58,345 bases of DNA from Leucoraja ocellata (taxonomy: Eukaryota), in contig JAWMAR010001544.1 in the NCBI GenBank assembly GCA_036785375.1, positions 186,001 to 244,345 of the forward strand. Direction: 5' to 3'. This document shows, one piece after another, positions 48,421 through 58,345 of this stretch. The first letter of the stretch is position 1. Each line of letters opens with the position of its first letter. A program made the translations under genes and the position numbers. The notes under the pieces are model-generated. The model was not told the DNA's origin. It searched no databases and saw only the letters and a list, made by a program, of their open reading frames with translations.

Positions 48421-51400
48421 GATTCTGAAAGCATTTGACATGGTCTCCGACCCGTGGAGCTGGAGACCACCACCCGACCCGGGGAGCTGGAGACCACCAC
48501 CCGACCCGGGGAGCTGGAGACCACCACCCGACCCGTGGAGCTGGAGAACGCCACCCGACCCGTGGAGCTGGAGACCGCCACCCGACCCGTGGAGCTGGAG
48601 ACCACCACCCGACCCGTGGAGCTGGAGACCACCACCCGACCCGTGGAGCTGGAGACCACCACCCGACCCGTGGAGCTGGAGACCACCACCCGACCCGTGG
48701 AGCTGGAGACCACCACCCGACCCGTGGAGCTGGAGACCACCACCCGACCCGTGGAGCTGGAGAACGCCACCCGACCCGTGGAGCTGGAGAACGCCACCCG
48801 ACCCGTGGAGCTGGAGACCACCACCCGACCCGTGGAGCTGGAGACCACCACCCGACCCGTGGAGCTGGAGACCACCACCCGACCCGTGGAGCTGGAGACC
48901 ACCACCCGACCCGTGGAGCTGGAGACCACCACCCGACCCGTGGAGCTGGAGAACGCCACCCGACCCGTGGAGCTGGAGACCACCACCCGACCCGGGGAGC
49001 TGGAGACCACCACCCGACCCGTGGAGCTGGAGAACGCCACCCGACCCGTGGAGCTGGAGACCACCACCCGACCCGTGGAGCTGGAGACCACCACCCGACC
49101 CGTGGAGCTGGAGACCACCACCCGACCCGTGGAGCTGGAGAACGCCACCCGACCCGTGGAGCTGGAGACCACCACCCGACCCGTGGAGCTGGAGACCACC
49201 ACCCGACCCGTGGAGCTGGAGACCACCACCCGACCCGTGGAGCTGGAGAACGCCAGGTAAGCCCCGGGGCTGGAGACCATCAGCAGAGCCGCGGGGCTGA
49301 AGACCGCCTGCGGAGTAACGCAGACGCGGAGCAACGGAGCGGCAGAACACCAGCGCACCAAGCCAGCTCGGCCCACCAGAAGCACCAACAGACGGTGACG
49401 GGTACGAAAACACCGCCGGGGACGCAGAGGTGGGTTAAAGGCCAGGTTAGAGCTAGCCCCACACAGGGCAGCGATTCCTAGCCTTTTCCTCGCCAACGTG
49501 CGCTCACTGGCAAACAAAATGGATGAACTCCGGCTAAGGATCACCTCCCACAACCGGATCAAGGACTGCAACATCCTGATCTTCACTGAAACTTGGCTCA
49601 ACACTGACGTTCCTGACAGCGCCATCCAGCTATCGGGGCGTCATTTACTCCGAGCGGACAGGACATCAGACTCTGGTAAGACCAGAGGGGGGGGCCTGTG
49701 CATTTATGTAAACAAAGCATGGTGCACGGACTCCACCATCATCGAGAGTCACTGCTCAGCTAACCTTGAGTTCCTCTTGGTTAGATGCAGACCGTTCTAT
49801 CTGCCCAGAGAGTTCACCTCCACTGTTGTGACTGCAGCCTATATCCCTCCTGATGCTAATGCCAAGCTTGCAATGAAAGAGCTGCATACTGCCATTAGCA
49901 AACAACAGACGCACAACCCCGAGGCAGCCTTCATTGTTGCGGGTGACTTCAATCACTCCAACCTGAAGACTGTACTCCCCAAATTCCACCAACATGTATC
50001 CTTCCCCACTAGAGTAGACAAGACACTGGACAAAGTCTACACCAACATGGCTGAAGCTTACAAAGCCATCCCCCTCCCCCACCTTGGTCAGTCTGATCAC
50101 GTCTCATTGTTCCTGCTCCCTAAGTACTCCCCACTCATCAGACGGGTTAAACCAACTGTAAGGACAGTTAAAGTCTGGTCAGAGGAAGCGGACTTCACAC
50201 TTCAGCAGTGTTTTGGAAACACTGACTGGAAGGCATTTGCAGCCCAGGCCACCCTTGACTCTCACACGGACATTGATTCCTATACATCCTCTGTTCTGGA
50301 CTTTATAAACTCCACCATCAATAGTGTCACCTCCCTCAAACAGGTGACCATATACCCGAATCAGAAGCCATGGATGAACAGCGAGGTCAGGCTACTGCTG
50401 AAAGCACGGGACACCGCTTTCAGGTCAGGCGATGCTCGAGCCTACAGTTCATCCAGGGCTAACCTGAAGAGGGGCATCAGGAAGGCCAAGCACTGCCATA
50501 AGCTCAGGATTGAGGAGCACTTCAACAACAACTCCGACCCCCGACGCATGTGGCAAGGCATCCAGGCCATCACGGACTACAGACCCTCCAACATCACCCC
50601 CACATCCAGCGACGCCTCCTTCCTTGAGGAGCTGAATCACTTCTATGGCCGCTTCGACAGGGACAATCTAGAGACAGCCATCAAGGCTGTGCTACCTGCC
50701 GATCACCAACCCCTCACACTCACCCCCTACGACGTGTACGTGGCACTGAGTAGGACTAATGCACGTAAGGCTGCTGGCCCTGACGGCATCCCCGGGCGCG
50801 TGCTCAGTGCCTGTGCTGCGCAGCTGACAGACGTCTGGACTGACATCTTCAACCTGTCACTTGCCCAAGCAGTTGTCCCCACTTGCCTTAAAGCCACCTC
50901 CATCGTGCCAGTGCCAAAACACTCAACTGCGGCAAGCCTCAACGACTTCCGCCCAGTTGCACTTACCCCCATCATCACCAAGTGCTTCGAGAGGCTGGTC
51001 CTGGCACACCTCAAAAGCTGCCTACCCCCCACACTGGATCCCTATCAGTTTGCCTACCGCAAGAACAGGAGTACGGAGGATGCCATCTCAACGGCATTTC
51101 ACTCCGCCCTCTCCCACCTCGAGAACAGAGACACTTACGTAAGAATGCTGTTCATCGATTACAGCTCAGCATTCAACACCATTATACCCTCTAAACTGAT
51201 GACCAAACTCGGTAACCTGGGCATCGACCCCTCCCTCTGCAACTGGATACTGGACTTTCTAACCAACAGACCCCAGTCTGTGAGGTTAGACAAGCACACC
51301 TCTTCAACCCTCACCCTGAACACCGGCGTTCCTCAGGGCTGTGTGCTGAGCCCCCTCCTCTACTCCCTCTTCACCTATGACTGCACACCTGTACATGGTA

Positions 51401-52265
51401 CTAACACCATCATCAAGTATGCAGATGATACAACGGTGATTGGCCTCATCAGCAACAACGATGAGCTGGCCTACAGGGAGGAGGTCCAGCACTTAGCAGC
51501 ATGGTGCGCTGACAACAACCTGGCCCTTAACTCCAAGAAGACCAAGGAGCTCATTGTAGACTTCAGGAAGTCCAGAGGCGGCACACACACCCCCATCCAC
51601 ATTAACGGGACGGAGGTGGAACGTGTTTCTAGCTTCAGGTTCCTGGGAGTCAACATCTCCGATGACCTCTCTTGGACCCACAATACCTCTACTCTGATCA
51701 AGAAGGCTCATCAGCGTCTCTTCTTCCTGAGGAGACTGAAGAAGGTGCATCTGTCTCCTCAGATCCTGGTGAACTTCTACCGCTGCACCATCGAGAGCAT
51801 CCTTACCAACTGCATCACAGTATGGTATGGCAACTGCTCTGTCTCCGACCGGAAGGCATTGCAGAGGGTGGTGTAAATTGCCCAACGCATCACCGGTTCC
51901 TCGCTCCCCTCCATTGAGTCTGTCCAAAGCAAGCGCTGTCTGCGGAGGGCGCTCAGCATCGCCAAGGACTGCTCTCACCCCAACCATGGACTGTTTACCC
52001 TCCTACCATCCGGGAGGCGCTACAGGTCTCTCCGTTGCCGAACCAGCAGGTCGAGGAACAGCTTCTTTCCGGCCGCTGTCACTCTACTAAACAACGTACC
52101 TCGGTGACTGCCAATCACCCCCCCCCCCCCCCGGACACTTATTATTTTTTTTTTTTATTCAAATCGTTTGCTATGTCGCTCTTCAAGGGAGATGCTAAAT
52201 GCATTTCGTTGTCTCTGTACTGTACACTGACAATGACAATTAAAATTGAATCTGAATCTGAATCA
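48421..52265 (+). mobile_element. Near full-length Rex1/Babar-like LINE (APE-RT ORF 49498-51876, one premature stop, (GAATCT)n tail)
   Basis: LANVRSL.NKMDEL, FTETWL, VAGDFN, SDH and YADD motifs; frame continues past TAA 51874 to about 52107. Confidence 0.93.
48447..49255 (+). repeat. 27-bp minisatellite, about 30 copies (CCGACCCGTGGAGCTGGAGACCACCAC)
   Basis: Directly visible; reads (VELETTTRP)n in ORF 48454-49260. Confidence 0.97.
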
Positions 52266-52329
52266 TTGTCAAGGTGAATTATCATCATTTATTCACATTT
52301 AAACTGTCTGACATGTCATTTTTACCATA

Positions 52330-52792
52330 TTATGCTGTTTATCATATGCTGAGAGAATGGAGCAGCTGGGCTTGTACACTCTGGAGATTTGAAGGATGAG
52401 AGGATATCTTATTGAAATATAAAATTATTCAGGGTTTGGACACGCTAGAGGCAGGAAACATGTTCCCGATGTTGGGGGAGTCCAGAACCTGGGGCCACAG
52501 TTTAAGAATAAGGGGTAAGCCATTTAGAACGGAGATGAGGAAACATTTTTTTGCACAAAGTCTGGCGAGTCTGTGGAATTCTCTGCCTCAGAGGGCAGTG
52601 GAGGCCGGTTCTCTGGATACTTTCAAGAGAAAGCTAGATAGGGCTCTTAAATATAGTGCAGTCAGGGGATATGGGGAGAAGGCAGGAACGGGGTACTGAT
52701 TGGGGATGATCAGTCATGATCACATTGAATGGCGGTGCTGGCTCGAAGAGCCAAATGGCCTACTCCTGCACCTATTGTCCATTGTCTATTGT
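52330..52792 (+). mobile_element. CR1 3' fragment
   Basis: KIIQGLD...LWNSLPQ...GYGEKAGTGY*; (CTATTGT)-type tail. Confidence 0.85.
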
Positions 52793-52875
52793 TGCGTATG
52801 GGACATGCTCCAGGGAAATATTTGTAATGCGATTTCATAAACAACAATGTTGTACACTGAAAAATATTATAGTAA

Positions 52876-53207
52876 TGCCACTGTCCCACTTAGCAAACCT
52901 GAACGGAAACCTCTGGGGACTTTGCACCCCACCCAAGGTTTCCGTGCGGTTCCTGGAGGTTGCAGGTGGTTGCCGGAGGTTGCAGGTAGTGGAATGTAGA
53001 CAAAAATGCTGGAGAAACTCAGCGGGTGCAGCAGCATTTATGGAACAAAGGAAATAGGCAATGTTTCGGGCCGAAACCCATCTTCTTGCTGGTAGTGGAA
53101 GCAGGCAGGGAGACTGACAAAAACGTCTGGGAACCGCACGGAAACCTTAGGTGGGGCGCAAAGTCTCCAGAGGTTTCTGTTCTGGTTTCCTAAGTGGGAC
53201 AGGGGCA
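52876..53207. mobile_element. Long-TIR MITE, PIF/Harbinger-like, with a nested Penelope-derived piece (about 52997-53088)
   Basis: TGCCACTGTCCCACTTAG... / ...CTAAGTGGGACAGGGGCA arms of about 80 bp; flanked by TAA/TAG; nested insert flanked by GGTAGTGGAA repeats. Confidence 0.75.
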
Positions 53208-54129
53208 TAGGATCATGACTAGACATGATCAATAACGATTGCAGCAAGGTAGGCCATTAGGCCCTTAAAACTGGTTCAGCCTTCAACCCAATCATTGCTG
53301 ATCGTCATGTGTCCGATTCTTCCAAATATTATTAGATCCCTCCAACTCCAAGAACTGCATCTAGCAGATTTGTGAATGGATGTAATGAGTATTAATCATT
53401 TACACTTCTCACTTCCAGTCCAGAGTGGCTTTGGGTCCAAACTGTCAGAGAGCACAATTAAATGATGAATCCTAAAGACCCATTGGTTAACCAATTGCGT
53501 CGCCAGTTGTGGGTATGAGACACGTGTTGCTGGGCAGATCTTGGAGTTGTTAGTTTGCTGTCAGCAGCTCTGTGCATCGGGCTCTGTACATTCTGTACAT
53601 TCATTTCTCTAAATAATCCACAGGTGCTTCCGTTCTCCTCCTGCTCTTTGCTAAGGGTGGAGTGTTGGACTCCAGCCACATCATATGTGGGGGAAAGGTG
53701 AAATCAAATGGAATCAGAATAAATATGAAATGCCATTCATTTTTTAAAATTCAGCCTGAACGGCGAGTTGTGAGGCTAATAACATTGTGAGACACAGATG
53801 TGGCAGGGAAAACGTAACATTTTGGACAATCATTCATGATCAAGTTTATAATAACATATTTTATTGTCATTGCACATATGTGCATAGAGATTTAGTATGC
53901 AGCTTTCATCCGATGTTTCTATGTTTCTAACGTATAATCTGAGATCAAACGGCCCACTCGTGTGATCTATCTGTTATCTTTTGTACTCCTATGTTATATC
54001 AAATCCATTTTAAATCGCTGCCATATCGATCAGGTTCCCCGTGGCTTCTCCAAGACTACATGTCCATTAAATCCATGTGGGGAAAACTAAATTAACTTTA
54101 TTAACGCCTCACACTAATTGTTTGTGTTT

Positions 54130-55930
54130 ATGTGGCTCTGCACAAACGGTCTTTGTTATCATAAGAGTACGCATTGAATAAATGATAGAATGACTAATAG
54201 CATAAACATAGAAACATAGAAATTAGGTGCAGGAGTAGGCCATTCGGCCCTTCGAGCCTGCACCGCCATTCAATATGATCATGGCTGATCATCCAACTCA
54301 GTATCCCGTACCTGCCTTCTCTCCATACCCCCTGATCCCCTTAGCCACAAGGGCCACATCTAACTCCCTCTTAAATATATATAGCCAATGAACTGGCCTC
54401 AACTACCCTCTGTGGCAGCGAGTTCCAGAGATTCATCACTCACATAAGGAAGGAATGCTGAATCAGAATATCCCCCCTCTTCTACATTTTCTGTGGCGAA
54501 ATTATGAATGATGGGCAAGAGGTCACCATGCAACTGAAAGGAAACACCTGTGTCGGCCGTGCTGCTAAATTAACCAGGCACTTGCAGTCTGCTGCTCAAA
54601 CACTGAAAACTGTGATGATGAATTACAACTAACAAAATAAAAAACTACCTCGCAATCTATATCTCGCAAACTTCCAGCTACCAATCGTATTGGTTGCATG
54701 CTGCATCATTTCAATTAAACTGTCAGGAGTATCAATTCTGATCGTGTAAATCCCGGCTACTGTGTTTGATTGGGATTAACTTTCACGTTTACAGTGGGAT
54801 CAATGTCTCTTAGATTCTGTATGGAATCTGTTTAGAGATTATCTGACATAAGGTAGTTCATATAGTGGGTATGATTGCTAGTCACACACCACACAGATGA
54901 GTAGGATATCGTAAAATACCGAATGGATACTCATTATATTCTAGTTTAGCGAAGGCCAGAGGTGTCCACATTGTTCCCCTTTGCACACTGAAGCCGCGTA
55001 CATGAAGTGAGCGCTTCTGCGTGAAGGTCACTGGATGATATAATGTAGGCGTGTGTGAAAATGTAAAACATATCTGGGATGATCAGTGGGGTCTGGATTC
55101 CATGTTCTTTAGGCAGAGCACACAGACGTTTTACAAATCGACAAATGCTGTGATCCATGTGTTTCCCCGCATATTTTCCTGCACCAGTCATCTCTTTCTG
55201 ACTATTGAGTGTGGTAGAAATACTCCTTGGGCACATGCACTGCCCTACGCTTATGTTAAACCTATCAACCCTTATGATTTAATTGTCAATTAATTGTATA
55301 TTTCACATTGTTTTAGTAAATGAATGCACCGTAATACAACAAAACCAATGATTCAATGATTCAATGATACTTTATTGCCACATGCAGCTAGGTGCAGTGA
55401 AATTCTTTATTTTATCATATAATCTAGTAAATTCGCACAGCAGACCTCACCCGAGGTAATGTACAAATAGTCGTCATGTTTCTGGGCCCAAGAAAGTTAC
55501 AAAATGTCTATTGAACTGACATCAATGACAGGTCAATCAAAAGTCAATGTCTTTGCACGGATAGAATCAGTCCTTGATTTAACCATTTAATCACAGCTAA
55601 GCATTATCGGTATATCTGCTGGAGTCACTCCACGGGCAATGACACCACTGGTAAATACATGGTTATCTCCATAAACATTGCTCGTTCCAATTCGAGTAGA
55701 GGGATGTACTACTAATATAGTGAGCAAAGGCCTTGCAACTGTTTTTCGGACAAATATTATAGGGGAGGGTAATCCTTGACGAGACCCAATGACAAAGTTC
55801 ACTTGACTCTCTCCCATGAAATGCACTGGGACAAATGCAGTGTTGGTTGGATGCGGAGACGAGATCCCTCCATACACTATAAATCGCACGGAGCGTGTAT
55901 TTAATGTGATGCTCCTGCTCATGTCCTAAT
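54130..55930 (+). pseudogene. Possible heavily decayed Ig C1-set exons (tentative)
   Basis: Frameshifted motif remnants only; see the finding at the same coordinates. Confidence 0.3.
54205..54440 (-). mobile_element. CR1 3' tail fragment
   Basis: Reverse complement of the CR1 3' UTR seen at 9070-9309. Confidence 0.88.
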
Positions 55931-56215
55931 GTGCACACTGCTACACAGTTGCACAGATCCAGGTTCGATCCTTACCTCTGGAGCTGTCTGTGTGGAGGTT
56001 GCCACCCGCGTAGATTTACTCCGGGGGCTCCGGTTTCCTACCACATCCCAAAGATATACGGATCTGTAGGTGTAATGGGCTGTGTATTATTGCCTTTTAT
56101 ATGTTCGATGTGGATGAGAGTGGGATAACAATAAACTAGTGTGAACAGCAGGTCGATGTTCACCATGGACTCGTTAGGCACAAGGGCCTGTATCCATGCG
56201 GCATCCCAAAAATTA
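55930..56215 (+). mobile_element. V-SINE (HE1-like)
   Basis: B-box-like GGTTCGATCC, V-domain CTCCGGTTTCCTACCACATCCCAAAGA, CR1-like 3' end. Confidence 0.7.
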
Positions 56216-56931
56216 CAATTAAATATAGTCACAAGGATAGATACCCAAAGGGGCTATTTCCATTATTTCTCATGAATGCTTCTCTTGCACTGCTCACTCT
56301 TCTACGCCCGAAAATATTCTCAGGTCATTGAAAATGTAGATCATGAAGATCGTGTTAAATCCAATAAAGAGGCATAAACATTGGCCAGAGGAAGCAGCAA
56401 ACCGGAGGACTGGGAGACATTTAGAATTCAACAGAGGAGGACATTGAGGGGGGAAATAGAGCATGAAAGAAAGCATGCGGAGAATTTAACAACTGACTGT
56501 AAAATCTTTTAAAGATATGTGAAGAGGAAGAGATTAGTGAAGGCAAATATAGGTCCCTTACAGTCAGAAACGGGTGGATTTATAATGGGAATTTATAATG
56601 GGAAACATGAAAAGGCAGACTAGTTAAACGAGTACTTTAGTTTTGTCTTCACTAAGGACGACACAAACAATCTCCCGGAAAAACTAGGGGAGCGAGGATC
56701 TACTGGCAGGCAGTGACTAGTGGGGTGCCGCAAGGATCGCTGCTGGGACTCCCGTTGTTTACAATATATATTAATGATTTAGACGATGGAATTAAATGAA
56801 ACCATAAATTTGCGGGTGACACAATGCTGGGTGGTAGTGTGGGCTGCGAGGAAGATTCTATGAGGCTGCGGGGTGACTTGTATAGGTTGGTTGAGTGGGA
56901 AGAAGCAGGGCAGTGCTGTTTAATGTGGATT

Positions 56932-58345
56932 AATAGTAAGATTAAACGAGAACTTACCAGTTTGAAGTTTGATCTTTATTTTATGAGGAGTTACGATGAG
57001 GGATTACATGAAGACCCTGCCAGCACGCATGCACGACATTCTTCAAAGCAGCGGTGTGGAATCACAGTAAAAATAAACATAGTAAGATAAGAAGAACTAG
57101 GATACCAGTTGACCTTTATAATAGAGGGTGGGAGCGGAGGGCACGTAATCCCTCATCGTAACTCCTTATAAAATAAAGATCAAACTTCAAACTGGTAAGT
57201 TCTCGTTTATCTTACTATTTTACTTCGGAGTCACGTGAGTGACTACGTGAAGATTTTAAAGATCTGTGATTTCATGCTGTGGAACAAGTCCATGCTTCAC
57301 TCACTGCCTTAGTTGACCAGGGAGGAAGTATGTTATCATATTCAGACATGAATAATGACAATAGTAACCTCCCTCACCCGGGAGGAACTATGAACAGAAC
57401 TTAACATAGAGTTCGTAAATTCCCGCGATCTGGTAATGGGTTAGTACTAAATGTGTGGAAAATTGCTACATTGACCATCCTGCAACCGCTAGGATGTGGT
57501 CCCGCTAACTTCCATGACCCTGCTGCTGAGGTTGTTGCAGCCTTGGTGGAGTGATTTGAAATGTCAGTATTTACTCCTGTATAAGCCAGACCCATAATCA
57601 TCTGAAGATGGTCTGAAGTGATACCTTCTTTTGATGCTAGATGTAACTAACAATATTGCTAGTTCAGAGTCTCTAGGCTCTAGTGATCTAACATTCTGGT
57701 GTAGATGTGTGACCATACACAATCGAAGGTTCATGGGATATGTGAACATCTAGTTTGAGATCTGGTGCCCCTGGTCTATACTGCTTGACTAAGTCATAAC
57801 ATAAGTGTTATTTATCCTGCAGATGTAATCATCCTATCCAGTCAACGTTTATGTAATGACAGGACCCGTTGTGCTGCATGCAGGGCTATGAGCATAACCA
57901 CATATAAGTGAGTTAGCCCAAGGACAGGGATGTAGCTGGAGCCCTTCAGCGAAGCGACGTAAGCGCAACGTTAACACCCCATATTTCTGCGTCCCTGGGC
58001 CTGGGAGTTTTCGAGTTGCAGATTTCCTTCATAATCTAGAACTCAGAGGGTGACCTCCCCAGAGTGGATTCTACTCCTCCCAGCCAGTATGATGAAGCAC
58101 TTTAGGTATGGTAGATGGCACTTTAGACATCATGATTTGTCAAGCCCTCATATGAGCCTGAACTACAAGACGTCAGTCATCGTGCCAAATATGCAATATA
58201 TCATAAAACAAATACCTCCCATCTCCTTATGCGGAAATATTAATATTTTTTGGTGCTATCCCTGCGATCTGCAGCGAGCACGTTCATGGTTGGTTTAACA
58301 ACCCCAGCCGCAGGAACGGTCTTCTCAGTCTCTGTAAGTCAAAGA
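56932..58345 (-). mobile_element. Second, more decayed DIRS1-like element (3' terminus plus YR remnant), running off the window
   Basis: Same terminal/internal complementary pair (56932-~57010 vs ~57142-57219) as 40027-40323; HSTKAATTSAA remnant. Confidence 0.88.

Noticed and set aside
48447-49255. 27-bp array as a CRISPR array or Ig switch region (contains GAGCT in each unit)
   Set aside because: No unique spacers and the DNA is eukaryotic; it lies about 18 kb upstream of V inside a LINE, not in a J-C intron.
47965-49625. Long ORFs of (GSGGGLQLH)n, (SSSTGRVVV)n, (DPWSWRPPP)n and (TRGAGDHHP)n as host genes
   Set aside because: By-products of a stop-free minisatellite read in several frames.
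53680-53710. WGKG as a J segment
   Set aside because: No upstream RSS, no T-x-V-T-V motif and no suitable donor site.

Overview
Vertebrate genomic DNA from a cartilaginous fish, probably a skate or ray (inferred from the cluster-type IgH organisation and the repeat families). The minus strand holds two head-to-tail IgM heavy-chain clusters about 27 kb apart. Cluster B (14905-30669) is complete, open and unrearranged: L-V-D1-D2-J-Cmu1-4(secretory)-TM1-TM2, with 23 / 12-22 / 12-12 / 23 RSS. Cluster A (2004-3309; its C exons lie off the left edge) is a close paralog whose V is already fused to D1. Cluster A also has 3 nt missing from D2 exactly at the heptamer border, and its CDRs differ from cluster B by tandem substitutions at WGCW motifs, which resemble RAG and AID footprints in an apparently germline copy. 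The rest is dense, nested mobile DNA: CR1 LINEs (one full-length with an esterase ORF1), Rex1/Babar-like LINEs (one with a 30 x 27-bp minisatellite), two DIRS1-like tyrosine-recombinase elements, Penelope fragments and hairpins with minimal hammerhead motifs, V-SINEs, and hAT, Harbinger and P-like MITEs. A badly decayed set of Ig C1-like exons may lie on the plus strand near 54-56 kb. All calls were made by eye; no database searches were run.
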